Notes under the pieces: model-generated
Databases searched by the model: none
Seen by the model: the letters and a program-made list of their open reading frames with translations, nothing else
Told to the model about the DNA's origin: nothing
Part shown: one piece after another, positions 1-9,591 of the stretch
Numbering within the stretch: position 1 is the stretch's first letter
Layout: each line of letters starts with the position of its first letter
Assembly: GCA_965232105.1 (NCBI GenBank)
Contig: OZ246956.1
Location: 20,101 to 84,100, forward strand
Direction of reading: 5' to 3'
DNA from: Thermoanaerobaculia bacterium
Lineage (GTDB): Bacteria > Acidobacteriota > Thermoanaerobaculia > Multivoradales > Multivoraceae
DNA: 64,000 nt
Program-made: the position numbers and the translations under genes

Positions 1-601
1 CGCCGTCTCCGTCCGCGTCCGCGAGGGCCATCGAGGATCCCCAGGGAAACTCGTCCGTCCCTCCTTCCGGCCGGGCCGCCGGCAGCGGTTCCGCCGCGGC
101 GAACGATCCGTCTCCGCGGTTGCGCAGGAGCACCGTGGGACCGTAATGCGACACCAGCAGATCGACGTCGCCGTCGCCGTCCACATCGGCCGCCGCGACA
201 CCCTGGCCGTACCCTCGCGCCACGACTCCGGCACCCTTCGGTTCGAACCGGAACCTCCCCGCGGCGTCGGGCCCCAGGTTACGGAACAGGCGGTCCAACG
301 ACGCTTCGTCTGTCTTGGGCGGAAACGGCCCCGACTGCACCAGGTAGAGATCGAGCCAACCGTCGCCGTCGTAGTCGATCCAGGCGACACCGGCACCCAT
401 CGTCTCCGGCAGATGCAGGCCGCCCGCGGCGCCCGATGCGTGAACGAAGTCCACACCGGACTGGGCCGCCATGTCCGTGAAGACGAATCCGCACTCCTCG
501 CCAACGGCAGCGGCGGCGATACCCGACCAGACGGCCACCTGCCCCAGGAGGGCGAACAGAGCGGCGAAGCACCCAGCGCCGGCGGCCCTTCGCAAACTCA
601 T
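1..601 (-). CDS. FG-GAP/VCBS-repeat secreted protein (CRTAC1/ASPIC-type), N-terminal part; 3' end runs off the window
   Basis: Absent from the ORF track because it has no in-window stop. Reverse-strand ATG at 599-601 gives MSLRRAAGAGCFAALFALLGQVAVWSG (signal peptide), then ...GAGVAWIDYDGDGWLDLYLVQSG..., a DxDGDG FG-GAP calcium-loop signature. Same family as ORF 56913..58712. Confidence 0.75.
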   Translation of the reverse strand, partial: MSLRRAAGAGCFAALFALLGQVAVWSGIAAAAVGEECGFVFTDMAAQSGVDFVHASGAAGGLHLPETMGAGVAWIDYDGDGWLDLYLVQSGPFPPKTDEASLDRLFRNLGPDAAGRFRFEPKGAGVVARGYGQGVAAADVDGDGDVDLLVSHYGPTVLLRNRGDGSFAAAEPLPAARPEGGTDEFPWGSSMALADADGDG

Positions 602-636
602 CCGGCGACGGTAGCAGCAGCCCGTAGACTGCGCCC

Positions 637-1869
637 ATGGAACTGGTCTGCGGCCCGCACACCCTGACATCAGGCGAGCGTCCCCTGGTCATGGGGGTGC
701 TCAACGTGACGCCGGACAGTTTCTCGGACGGCGGCACGTTTCACGCCCCGGAGGCCGCGATCGAAGGCGCGCGGCGCATGGCCGCCGAAGGCGCCGACCT
801 GATCGACATCGGCGCCGAGAGCACCCGGCCAGGGGCCGAACCCGTGGGATTGACCGAGGAGCTTGCCCGGTTGCTGCCGGTGATCGAGGGCGTCGGCCAC
901 CTCGACCTCGGCGTGCCCCTGAGCGTGGACACCGCGAAGCCGGAGGCAGCCGATCGAGCGCTCGCCGCGGGCGCCCACATGATCAACGACATCTCCGGCG
1001 CCGGCGAGGCGATGCTCGAGGTCGCCGCCCGCCACGGCGCTCCGGTCATCGCGATGCACATGCAGGGCGAACCGCGCACGATGCAGCGGGAACCGCGCTA
1101 CGACGACGTGGTGGCCGAGATCCGCAACTACCTCGCCGAGCGCGTCGCGGCCGGACACCGCCACGGAGTCGACGTGCTGGTCGACCCGGGGATCGGCTTT
1201 GGCAAGACGCTCGAGCACAACCTCGACCTGCTCGCGAACCTGGACGAGCTTCAGCGGATCGGCGCGCCCGTCGTGCTCGGGGCGTCCCGCAAGTCGTTCC
1301 TGGACCGCCTGCTCGGCGGCATCCCCGTCGAGGGGCGCCTGAGCGGAACGCTCGCTGTCAACGCCTGGGCGGCGGCTCTCGGAACCGCCGACATCCTGCG
1401 GGTCCACGATGTCGAGCCGCACCGGCAACTGGCCGAGAGCATCGGCGCCCTGAGGCTGCGCCGCGATCGCTGGACGACCCGCCGCCGCGTTCTTGCACGC
1501 GGCATCGTCTGCCGGAGCCGGATCGGAGTCACCCGCGAAGAACGCGCCGAACCGCAAGAACTCCTCGTCGACATCGACGTGACCCTGACTGCCGGTGCCC
1601 GCGGCGCCCGCGACGACCTGGACGAGACCGTGGACTACGCGGAGCTCGCGGCCATAGCAGGGGCGGTCGCGGCCCGCGACGAGGTCCGACTCGTCGAAAC
1701 GCTGGCCGAGCGGATCGCGGCGAGCGTCGGTCGGGAGACCTCTCGGGCGGCCGGCGGCCCGACGCTGCGGCGCCGGATCGAATCGCTGCGGGTCCGGGTC
1801 ACGAAACCCGGCGCCGCACGCGAACTCGGCGCCGCGGAAGTCGGCGCCGAAGTCGACTGGCGACCGTGA
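637..1869 (+). CDS. folP: Dihydropteroate synthase fused to dihydroneopterin aldolase (FolP-FolB)
   Basis: N-terminus PLVMGVLNVTPDSFSDGG is the DHPS signature, with the same spacing as E. coli FolP. The C-terminal ~120 aa (ILARGIVCRSRIGVTREERAEPQELLVDIDVTL...VDYAELA...LVETLAERIA) looks like FolB. One continuous 410-aa ORF. Confidence 0.88.
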   Translation: MELVCGPHTLTSGERPLVMGVLNVTPDSFSDGGTFHAPEAAIEGARRMAAEGADLIDIGAESTRPGAEPVGLTEELARLLPVIEGVGHLDLGVPLSVDTAKPEAADRALAAGAHMINDISGAGEAMLEVAARHGAPVIAMHMQGEPRTMQREPRYDDVVAEIRNYLAERVAAGHRHGVDVLVDPGIGFGKTLEHNLDLLANLDELQRIGAPVVLGASRKSFLDRLLGGIPVEGRLSGTLAVNAWAAALGTADILRVHDVEPHRQLAESIGALRLRRDRWTTRRRVLARGIVCRSRIGVTREERAEPQELLVDIDVTLTAGARGARDDLDETVDYAELAAIAGAVAARDEVRLVETLAERIAASVGRETSRAAGGPTLRRRIESLRVRVTKPGAARELGAAEVGAEVDWRP

Positions 1870-1876
1870 ACCGGCC

Positions 1877-2356
1877 GTGACCCGGACTCGCGCCTTCGTC
1901 GCGATCGGTTCGAACCTCGGCTGTCGAGAGGCGAATCTGCACGCCGCGATCAACCGCCTGAGACAACTCGGGGACGTGACCGCGGTCTCGGAGTTGCACG
2001 CCACCGAAGCCGTACCGGAAAGCGGCGTTCTGGCCACCGACCCGGACTTCCTCAATGCCGCGGCGACGATCGACACCCGGCTCGACGCCCATACCCTGCT
2101 GGACGGTCTGCTCCAGATCGAGGCCGGCCTCGGCCGGGACCGGACAACGACGCCCGTCGGCCCCCGGACGGTCGACCTCGACCTCCTCCTGTTCGGCGAC
2201 CTGGTCATCGAGGCGCCCGGCCTGATCGTTCCGCACCCCCGCATGCACCGCCGCCGCTTCGTCCTCGAACCGCTATGCCAGATCGCCCCCAACGCCTGGC
2301 ACCCCGGTCTGAGAAAGACGGTGGCCGAGCTGCTGGGCGAGCTGGCGGCGGACTGA
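1877..2356 (+). CDS. folK: 2-amino-4-hydroxy-6-hydroxymethyldihydropteridine diphosphokinase (HPPK)
   Basis: AFVAIGSNLG...TVDLDLLLFGD...LIVPHPRMHRRRFVLEPL are HPPK motifs. GTG start 8 nt after the folP-folB stop. Confidence 0.9.
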   Translation: MTRTRAFVAIGSNLGCREANLHAAINRLRQLGDVTAVSELHATEAVPESGVLATDPDFLNAAATIDTRLDAHTLLDGLLQIEAGLGRDRTTTPVGPRTVDLDLLLFGDLVIEAPGLIVPHPRMHRRRFVLEPLCQIAPNAWHPGLRKTVAELLGELAAD

Positions 2357-2366
2357 GTGCTACGCG

Positions 2367-3536
2367 CTAGTAGCTCTTCGGCAGACCGAGGACCTTCTCC
2401 GCGATGTGGCAGAGGATGAGTTGCGGGCTGACCGGAGCCAGCCGCGGGATCATCACCTCGCGCATCAGCCGCTCGACGTGGAACTCCTTCGCGTAGCCCA
2501 TGCCGCCGTGGGTCATGACCGCCTGCGTGCAGGCCTTGAAGCCCGCCTCGGCGCCGAGGTACTTCGCGGCATTTGCGTAGTGGCCGCACGGTTCCTCACG
2601 GTCGTAAAGCGAAGCCGCCTGCATGGCCATCAGAAACGCCGCCTCCAGTTCCATCCAGCACTCCGCCAGGGGGTGCTGAATCGACTGGTTCTGGCCAATC
2701 GGGCGGCCGAAGACCCGCCGGTTGCGAGCGTAGTCGGTCGCGCGCTCCAGGGCGTTGCGACCGACGCCGACCGCCTCGATGCCGATCAGGATCCGCTCCG
2801 GGTTCAGGCTGTGCAGGATGTACTCGAAGCCGCGGCCCTCGTCGCCGATACGGTCTTCCGCGGGTATCTCGAGTCCGTCGATGAACAGCTCGTTCGAATC
2901 CACGGCGGCCCGGCCCATCTTCGGAATGCGCCGGACCTCGACGCTGGACCGATCGAGCGTCGTGTAGAACAGCGAAAGGCCCTTCGTCGCCTTGCCCGTT
3001 TCGGCTCTGGGTGTCGTGCGCGCGAGCAGCATGACCCGGTCCGCCTCCTGAGCGGTCGTGGTCCAGATCTTGCGGCCGTGGACGACGTAGCCGCCATCGG
3101 GCTGCCGCTCGGCGCGCGTCGTGATCGCCGTCGTCTCCAGGCCAGCATCCGGCTCCGTCACCGCGAAGCACGTCTTCGCCCGACCCTCGATCAGCTCGGG
3201 AAGGAAACGGCGGCGCTGCTCCTCCGTCCCGAAGACGACGATCGGGTGCGGCCCGAAGATGTTGATGTGGATCGCCGAAGCCGCGCTCATGCCGCCGCCC
3301 GCACGGGCCACTTCGTGCATCACCAGGCCGGCTTCGGTAACGCCCAAGCCCGAACCACCGTACTTTTCCGGCATGGCGATTCCGAGCGCGCCGCACTCGG
3401 CCATGGCCCGGTGGAACTCGTTCGGAAACCGGACCTCGTTGTCGACCGCCAGCCAGTAGCCGTCGTCAAACGCCGCGCACGTTCGCGCAATCCCTTCGCA
3501 AAGCGAGCGTTGCTGTCCGGTGAGTGTAAAATCCAT
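2367..3536 (-). CDS. Acyl-CoA dehydrogenase
   Basis: 389 aa with ACAD-like organisation: ...CFAVTEPDAGLE..., ...GRKIWTT..., C-terminal ...THGGMGYAKEFHVERLMRE.... Confidence 0.9.
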   Translation of the reverse strand: MDFTLTGQQRSLCEGIARTCAAFDDGYWLAVDNEVRFPNEFHRAMAECGALGIAMPEKYGGSGLGVTEAGLVMHEVARAGGGMSAASAIHINIFGPHPIVVFGTEEQRRRFLPELIEGRAKTCFAVTEPDAGLETTAITTRAERQPDGGYVVHGRKIWTTTAQEADRVMLLARTTPRAETGKATKGLSLFYTTLDRSSVEVRRIPKMGRAAVDSNELFIDGLEIPAEDRIGDEGRGFEYILHSLNPERILIGIEAVGVGRNALERATDYARNRRVFGRPIGQNQSIQHPLAECWMELEAAFLMAMQAASLYDREEPCGHYANAAKYLGAEAGFKACTQAVMTHGGMGYAKEFHVERLMREVMIPRLAPVSPQLILCHIAEKVLGLPKSY

Positions 3537-3600
3537 GGGACCGCAGAGGGTACAACGACTCCGCGCCCCGGGCAGTTCGCACTCGCTGCGTCACGGCGGC

Positions 3601-3634
3601 GACCCCTCCTGACCCAAGACGGGCGGGTGCGTCC
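3601..3634. repeat. 34-bp intergenic repeat, second identical copy at 11237-11270
   Basis: gacccctcctgacccaagacgggcgggtgcgtcc is identical at both loci. Both copies lie between minus-strand genes. Confidence 0.85.
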
Positions 3635-3668
3635 GACGCCCACGCGCCGCTCCGGTCCTGCCCCCGCG

Positions 3669-4010
3669 TCAGCTCGCCGACGGCGGAAGCAGCACGTACC
3701 GAGCCAGGACGGCGAAGCCGCCGATCAGAATCAGGGCCGCGGTCCAGATCAGAGTCAACCGCTGCCACCTTTCGAGATGGTCGAGTCCCCGTACCCGGCG
3801 CAGGATGCCGCGCAGCAGGAACGGCAGGGATGCGCCCCAGACCAGGAGCAGGCCCAGCAACAACCACGACGTCGGCGAGAAACCCTGCAGTAGAGCCAGC
3901 GCCCCGATCGCGAACAGGAGCGCGATCCGCACCACGACGCGCACGAAGCGCATGCTGCCGGCCTGCTGCCGCTTGAGTTGATTCCGCCGGTCGCTGAAGT
4001 CGATCGCCAT
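3669..4010 (-). CDS. Small integral membrane protein (unknown function)
   Basis: I take the internal ATG at 4008-4010 (MAIDFSDRRNQLKRQQ...), which leaves 8 nt after the upstream gene's stop. Three predicted TM helices (VVVRIALLFAIGALALL, WLLLGLLLVWGASLPFLL, LIWTAALILIGGFAVLA). The longer track ORF (to 4337) would overlap ptrB. Confidence 0.5.
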   Translation of the reverse strand: MAIDFSDRRNQLKRQQAGSMRFVRVVVRIALLFAIGALALLQGFSPTSWLLLGLLLVWGASLPFLLRGILRRVRGLDHLERWQRLTLIWTAALILIGGFAVLARYVLLPPSAS

Positions 4011-4018
4011 CGGCGGCT

Positions 4019-6214
4019 CTAGGACTCCCCGGCGCCCGCGAGGTCGAGCAGGAAGGCGTAAACCAGGGCCGTCTCGCGGTAGCGGTCGTAGCGGCCGGAG
4101 GCGCCCCCGTGGCCGGCGCCCATGTTCGTCTCGAGGAGCAGGAGGTTGTCGTCCGTCTTGTTGGCCCGCAGCCGCGCCACCCACTTCGCCGGCTCCCAGT
4201 ACTGAACCTGCGAGTCGTGCAGGCCGGTGGTCACGAGCAGGTGGGGATAGTCCCTCGCCTCGACGTTGTCGTAGGGCGAATAGGAGAGCATGTAGTCGTA
4301 GTACTCGCGCTCTCTGGGATCCCCCCACTCGTCCCACTCGAACGTGGTCAGCGGAATGCTCGCGTCGAGCATCGTCGTGACGACGTCAACGAAGGGCACC
4401 CGCGCCACGACGCCGTCCCATAGGTCGGGACGCATCGTGAACACCGCGCCGACCAGCAGACCGCCGGCGCTGCCGCCCATCGCGTAAATCCGGTCCGGGT
4501 CCGCGTAGCCCTCGGCCGCGAGATGCTCGGCCGCGGCGATGAAGTCCGTGAACGTGTTCTTCTTGTGGAGCAGCTTGCCGTTCTCGTACCAGGAGCGGCC
4601 CATCTCCTCGCCGCCGCGGATGTGGGCGATCGCGTAGACGAAGCCGCGGTCGATCAGGCTCAGAAGCGGCGAGCTGAACGACGCGTCCATGCTGGCGCCG
4701 TAGGAACCGTAGCCGTAGAGCAACAGCGGGCTGCCACCCTCTTCCGGCCGCAGATCGGGCCGGTAGACGAGCGATACGGGCACCTGCGTACCGTCTCCGG
4801 CCGTCGCCCAAAGCCGTTCGCTCCGGTAGTTCGCGGAGTCGAAACCGCCGAGCACCTGGTCCTGTTTGCGCAGGGTCTTCTCGCGCGTCGCCGGGTCGTA
4901 ATCGAACACCGACCGCGGCGTGGTCAGCGACTGGTAGACGTAGCGGAGGGTGCCGGACGACGGATCCGGGTTGACGCCGAGACCGGCCGAGTAGGTCGGT
5001 TCGCCGAAATCGAGGTCATGGCCCGTGACGGACCCGTCCCCGGCGCCGCCTCCGGCCCTCGGCTCGATGCGGAGCTGCTCGAGACCATCGCGCCTCTCCG
5101 CCAGCACCAGGAGACGATCGAACAGCTCGAAACCCGCGAGCAGCACGTCGTCGCGGTGCGGGAGTTCCTCGCGCCACGCGGCGCGACCAGTGTCGCCTTC
5201 GGCGGTCGACATGAGCCGGAAGTTCGGCGCGCGATCGTTCGTGCGCACCCAGAAGCGGTCACCCAAGTGATCGACGCTGTACTCGTGGCGTTCGCCCCGC
5301 GGCTCGAAGACGGCGAAGTCGCCGTCCGGATCGTCCGCCCGCAGGATGCGCACCTCCGTGCGCAGAGTGTGACTCGAGGTGGCCAGCAGGTACTTCCGTG
5401 ACTGGGTCCGCCCCAGGAACACGCTGAAGGTCTCGTCCGGCTCCTCGTAGACCAGTTCGTCGGGGGCCGTCGAGCCCAGGCGGTGGCGGTACACCTGGTA
5501 TGCGCGCAGCGTGTCCGGATCCTGGCGGACGTAGAACAGGGTCGCGCTGTCGGCGGCCCAGACGAGATTCGCCGTCACGTCCGGGATCTCGTCCGCGAGA
5601 ATCTCGCCGGTCGAAAGATCCTTGAACCGAACGGTGTAGAAGCGGCGTCCCACGTCGTCGACGCCGTACGCCAGGATCCGGTGATCCGGGCTAACGGACG
5701 GACGGACCGCCGTGTACTCCTTGCCTTCGGCGATCTCGTTCACGTCGATCAGTACTTCTTCGGCCTCGGGAGCCTGATCGCCGCCGAAGACGTCGCCGTC
5801 GATTGGCCGGCGGCCGTGGATCGGGTACTGCTTCCCCTCCTCGTAGCGCGTGTAGTACCAGTAGTCGCCGTCGCGGTAGGGAACGGATGAGTCGTCCTCG
5901 ACGACCCTGCTGCGGATCTCCGCGAACACGCTCTCCCGGAGCGGCTCGGTGTGCGCCAGCGCGGCGTCGACGTACGCGTTCTCCGCCTCGAGATAGGCGA
6001 TCACCTCCGGGTTCTCGCGTTCCCGGAGCCAGTAGTACTCGTCGACCCGGACGTCGCCGTGGGTCTCGAGTTCGTGGGGACGCGCCTCGGCCCGCGGCGG
6101 GTCGCCCGGGGCCGCCGCGGGGGCGGCGCAGGAGGTCACCGCGAGGGCCGCCAGGAGAAGGACTCCGGCAGCGGGGATTCCGGTTCGGAACGCTCTCGTT
6201 CGTAGCTGTCGCAT
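4019..6214 (-). CDS. ptrB: Oligopeptidase B / prolyl oligopeptidase family S9A serine protease, lipoprotein
   Basis: Start moved to MRQLRTRAF...LLLAALAVTSC (lipobox) at 6212-6214. N-terminal DEYYWLRERENPEVIAYLEAENAY is typical of protease II. The C-terminal GGSAGGLL serine motif and ...GAGHGG... histidine region fit S9A. Confidence 0.9.
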   Translation of the reverse strand: MRQLRTRAFRTGIPAAGVLLLAALAVTSCAAPAAAPGDPPRAEARPHELETHGDVRVDEYYWLRERENPEVIAYLEAENAYVDAALAHTEPLRESVFAEIRSRVVEDDSSVPYRDGDYWYYTRYEEGKQYPIHGRRPIDGDVFGGDQAPEAEEVLIDVNEIAEGKEYTAVRPSVSPDHRILAYGVDDVGRRFYTVRFKDLSTGEILADEIPDVTANLVWAADSATLFYVRQDPDTLRAYQVYRHRLGSTAPDELVYEEPDETFSVFLGRTQSRKYLLATSSHTLRTEVRILRADDPDGDFAVFEPRGERHEYSVDHLGDRFWVRTNDRAPNFRLMSTAEGDTGRAAWREELPHRDDVLLAGFELFDRLLVLAERRDGLEQLRIEPRAGGGAGDGSVTGHDLDFGEPTYSAGLGVNPDPSSGTLRYVYQSLTTPRSVFDYDPATREKTLRKQDQVLGGFDSANYRSERLWATAGDGTQVPVSLVYRPDLRPEEGGSPLLLYGYGSYGASMDASFSSPLLSLIDRGFVYAIAHIRGGEEMGRSWYENGKLLHKKNTFTDFIAAAEHLAAEGYADPDRIYAMGGSAGGLLVGAVFTMRPDLWDGVVARVPFVDVVTTMLDASIPLTTFEWDEWGDPREREYYDYMLSYSPYDNVEARDYPHLLVTTGLHDSQVQYWEPAKWVARLRANKTDDNLLLLETNMGAGHGGASGRYDRYRETALVYAFLLDLAGAGES

Positions 6215-6236
6215 GGGCACCAGAGTGTAGCCCCCA

Positions 6237-7199
6237 TCAACTCCGCTCCCACAACAGGATGGCGGCGAACAGATCTTCCAGCGCGGCGCCGACCGACTTG
6301 AACAGCGTGATCTCATCCGCGGTCCCACGGCCCCCGTGCTCGCCGCGACACAGCTCGTAGAGGTCGGCGGCGACATCGTCAGGAGCGAGCGCGCCCGACT
6401 CGATCGGCTGGGTCAGGTCGCCGGCCTCGACCAGAGCGCCGTCTCGAGTGTCGACGAACACGGTGGAGCGGCGCATCGCCTCGTCGTCCGCCTCGCGCAT
6501 CCCCGGCGTAAAGCCGCCGACCAGGTCGACATGGATGCCGGCGCGAAGCCAGTCGCCGAAGATCAGGGGTTCCGTGGCCAGGGTCGCGGTGCTCACGATG
6601 TCCGCCGCGCGCACGGCCGCCTCCAGATCGGCAGCCGTTCCGGTCCGAAGCCCCCGCAGCAGCGGTGAACGGGACGCCTCCGCCGCCTTCTCGGGCCGGC
6701 GCCCCCAGAACTCGACCTCGATCCCGGGCCGCACCGCCGCGTGCGCGGCCGCCAGGTGAGGCGCCAGGTTGCCCGTGCCGACCACCAGCAGGCGACGGGC
6801 ATCGGAGCGCGAGAGGAACTTCGACGCCAGGGCCGACGCCGCCGCCGTACGCCGCAGGGTCAGCTCCAGGCCGTCGATGAGCGCCAGCGGCTCCCCCGTC
6901 ACAGCCGACGTCAGGATGTAGCTGGCCTGCACGGCCCCGAGGCCGCGGGAGACGTTCCCGGGGAAGACCGTCGCCACCTTGACTCCCAGGTAGCCGCCGG
7001 CCGTCCACGCCGGCATGAGCAGCAGCGTCGCGTCGGGATCGTCGGCCGGCGCCGCGACCCCGTGGTGGTGGCGTACCGGCATCTCGCAGCCATCGCGGAA
7101 GCCCCGTTCCAGGGCCTCCACCACGGCGCCCCAGGGCAGCAGTTCGGCGGTCTTGGCGGCGTCGAAGATCTTCATCCGAGTAGCGGAGGATAGTCTCAT
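6237..7199 (-). CDS. Ornithine cyclodeaminase / mu-crystallin family protein
   Basis: Family-like ...LLVVGTGNLAPHLAAAH... Rossmann motif and overall length. The true start may be the internal MKIFDAAK... at 7175. Confidence 0.78.
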   Translation of the reverse strand: MRLSSATRMKIFDAAKTAELLPWGAVVEALERGFRDGCEMPVRHHHGVAAPADDPDATLLLMPAWTAGGYLGVKVATVFPGNVSRGLGAVQASYILTSAVTGEPLALIDGLELTLRRTAAASALASKFLSRSDARRLLVVGTGNLAPHLAAAHAAVRPGIEVEFWGRRPEKAAEASRSPLLRGLRTGTAADLEAAVRAADIVSTATLATEPLIFGDWLRAGIHVDLVGGFTPGMREADDEAMRRSTVFVDTRDGALVEAGDLTQPIESGALAPDDVAADLYELCRGEHGGRGTADEITLFKSVGAALEDLFAAILLWERS

Positions 7200-7204
7200 C
7201 CGCC

Positions 7205-7948
7205 ATGGACCATCCGGGAGAGCTTGAGCAGAACGGCTACGTGATCCTGGAAGGCGTCCTGAAACGGCACCGTATCGACGCGCTTCGCCGGGAGCTCGAG
7301 CCCCACTTCGACCGCCGCCTTTTCGGCCGCAACCCGTTCGAGGGCCGCAAGACGCAGCGGGTCTACGGACTGCTCTCCAAGTCCCGCCTGTTCGATGGTC
7401 TGGTCGAGCACCCGGCCGTGCTGGACGCCTGCGAAACCACCCTGGGCCCGGGCTTCCTGCTCTCGGTGGCCCACGCGATCCTCATCCACCCCGGCGAAGT
7501 CTCGCAGAACCTCCACCACGACGACTCCTTCTATCCCCTGCCCCGTCCCCGTCACGCACTCGGGGTGAGCACGATCTGGGCGCTCGACGACTTCACCGAG
7601 GACAACGGCGCCACCCGCATCGTGCCCGGCAGCCACCGTTGGAACGGCGAGGAAGCGGACGAGTCCGCGGCGCAGCCGGTCATCATGCCGGCCGGCTCGC
7701 TGCTCATCTTTCTCGGCACCCTCTACCACGGCGGCGGCGCGAACCGGTCGACCGGAACGCGCCTCGGCCTGACCATCCAGTACTGCCCGCCGTGGGCGCG
7801 GCAGCAGGAGAACTTCATTCTCGGGGTGTCCGCGGACGAAGTTCCCGAACTGTCTCCCAGGATGCAGCGACTGATCGGCTACGGCATCCATCCCCCGTTC
7901 ATGGGCCACGTAGATGGCCGCCACCCCCTGAAGGCGCTCCACACATGA
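7205..7948 (+). CDS. Phytanoyl-CoA dioxygenase (PhyH) family Fe(II)/2-OG oxygenase
   Basis: GYVILEGVL..., HxD-type ...QNLHHDD..., ...GATRIVPGSH..., ...GSLLIFLGTLYHGGGAN... match PhyH family features. Confidence 0.82.
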   Translation: MDHPGELEQNGYVILEGVLKRHRIDALRRELEPHFDRRLFGRNPFEGRKTQRVYGLLSKSRLFDGLVEHPAVLDACETTLGPGFLLSVAHAILIHPGEVSQNLHHDDSFYPLPRPRHALGVSTIWALDDFTEDNGATRIVPGSHRWNGEEADESAAQPVIMPAGSLLIFLGTLYHGGGANRSTGTRLGLTIQYCPPWARQQENFILGVSADEVPELSPRMQRLIGYGIHPPFMGHVDGRHPLKALHT

Positions 7949-9591
7949 AGAAGTCCCCGTTCCTGCTCGCCCTGCTGGCCACGCTGGCCCTGACATCGGC
8001 CTGCGGCACTCCGGCCGACGCTCCCGAAGGCGAGGCATCCGCGCAGGAACCGGCAGCGCAGGCCGTCCCCGAAGGCGCGCCCCGACTCGTCCTCCTGCTC
8101 GCCGTCGATCAGATGCGCGCCGACTACCTGGAGCGCTTCGCCCCGCTGCTCACGGGAGGCCTTGAGAGGCTACTCCGCGAGGGCGTCGTCTTCACCGACG
8201 CACACCACTTCCACGCCGCCACCGAGACCGCCCCCGGCCACGCCACGCTGGCGACGGGCGTGTTTCCCAGCCGGCACGGGATCATCGGCAACGGCTGGTT
8301 CGACCGGGAGACCGGCGACGACGCGTACTGCTGCGGCGACCCCGAGCACGGCGTGTCGCCGCGCAACATGCTGGCGCCGGCCATCGGCGACCTGATGAAG
8401 GCCGCCTGGCCGCGGTCCAAGGTGTTCTCCGCCAGCGGCAAGGACCGGGCGGCGATCCTGATGGGCGGGCACCACGCAGACGGCGCCTGGTGGTACAGCC
8501 GTCCGACCGGCGGCTGGGTCACATCGACCTGGTACGGCGACCGGGATTCGGGCCCCGCGTGGCTCGACGACTTCAACGCGGAGAGCCGTCTCGACGTGCT
8601 CTTCGGCGCCGCCTGGGAGCCGCTGATGCCGCTCGAGCACACCTCGGCGTACGACATCGAGCCGCTCCAGCGTGGTCTGTCGGTCGACACATTCCCCCAC
8701 GCGCTGGGCGGCTACACGGTGGAACGGTCGGCGTTCTACGCCTCCATCTACAGGTCGCCCTTTCTGGACGGCCACCTCGGTGATCTGGCCGAGACCCTGA
8801 TCGAGGCCCAGGACCTGGGCGCCGATGAGGTCCCCGACCTGCTGGCGCTCAGCTTCTCCGCCCTCGACACAGTCGGCCACGGCTTCGGTCCGAACGCGCC
8901 GGAGACCCTGGACACCATCCTGCGGCTCGACCGGACGATCGGCGAACTGCTCGACTTCGTCGACGAGCGGATCGGCATGGAGAACGTGGTCGTTGCGCTC
9001 TCCGCTGATCACGGTGTCGGCCGCGTGCCGGAACTCGTCGTGCGCGACGGCGGCGAAGGAGGCCGCTTCGGCGCCGAGCAGACCCTCTGCCTGCAACAGC
9101 TCCAGGCGCGGCTCGCGGAGCGGTTCGGCGACGGCGAATGGCTCGGCGACACCTTCTATCTCGACGAAGAGGAGATCGCGGCAGCCGGCGCCGACCGGAC
9201 GGAGATCGAGGCCGAGATCATCGACGTGATGGGAAGCTGTCCGCTGTTCCACCAGGTGCTGCGACCGGCTGACCTCGACCCCTCCGATCCTCTGCACGAG
9301 CTTTACCTGAACAGCCGATATCCCGGCCGCAGCCCGGACCTGATCGCGGTGCCGGAGCCGAACGTGCTGCCGGTGTCCGCCGCTGTCGTCACCGCGAGCC
9401 ACGGCTCCCCCTACCGCTACGACACCCACATTCCGCTCATCATCCGGCAGCAGGATGGCGCCGGCCGTGTCGTCGAGGAACGTGCGAACACGATCGACCT
9501 GGCGCCCAGCCTGGCCGCCATCCTGGGCCTCCCCGTTGACAGCATCGCCGGCTTCGAGGGGTTTGACGGCGTCGACCGGCTGGCCGAATGA
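7945..9591 (+). CDS. Alkaline-phosphatase-superfamily phosphodiesterase/nucleotide pyrophosphatase, lipoprotein
   Basis: Start reassigned to ATG 7945 (MKKSPFLLALLATLALTSACG, lipobox), an ATGA overlap with the phyH stop. ...LLLAVDQMRADYL..., ...TAPGHATLATGVFPSRHGI..., ...SALDTVGHGFGP..., ...SADHG... are type I phosphodiesterase/AlkP motifs. Confidence 0.8.
   Translation: MKKSPFLLALLATLALTSACGTPADAPEGEASAQEPAAQAVPEGAPRLVLLLAVDQMRADYLERFAPLLTGGLERLLREGVVFTDAHHFHAATETAPGHATLATGVFPSRHGIIGNGWFDRETGDDAYCCGDPEHGVSPRNMLAPAIGDLMKAAWPRSKVFSASGKDRAAILMGGHHADGAWWYSRPTGGWVTSTWYGDRDSGPAWLDDFNAESRLDVLFGAAWEPLMPLEHTSAYDIEPLQRGLSVDTFPHALGGYTVERSAFYASIYRSPFLDGHLGDLAETLIEAQDLGADEVPDLLALSFSALDTVGHGFGPNAPETLDTILRLDRTIGELLDFVDERIGMENVVVALSADHGVGRVPELVVRDGGEGGRFGAEQTLCLQQLQARLAERFGDGEWLGDTFYLDEEEIAAAGADRTEIEAEIIDVMGSCPLFHQVLRPADLDPSDPLHELYLNSRYPGRSPDLIAVPEPNVLPVSAAVVTASHGSPYRYDTHIPLIIRQQDGAGRVVEERANTIDLAPSLAAILGLPVDSIAGFEGFDGVDRLAE

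Noticed and set aside
670-2589. 639-aa minus-strand ORF spanning folP-folB and folK
   Set aside because: It is antisense to three plus-strand genes with clear family motifs. Its translation is Arg/Pro/Gly/Ala-rich low complexity, typical of shadow ORFs in high-GC DNA.
2406-3893. 495-aa plus-strand ORF over the acyl-CoA dehydrogenase locus
   Set aside because: It is antisense to a confidently recognised ACAD gene and has no recognisable motifs. High-GC shadow ORF.
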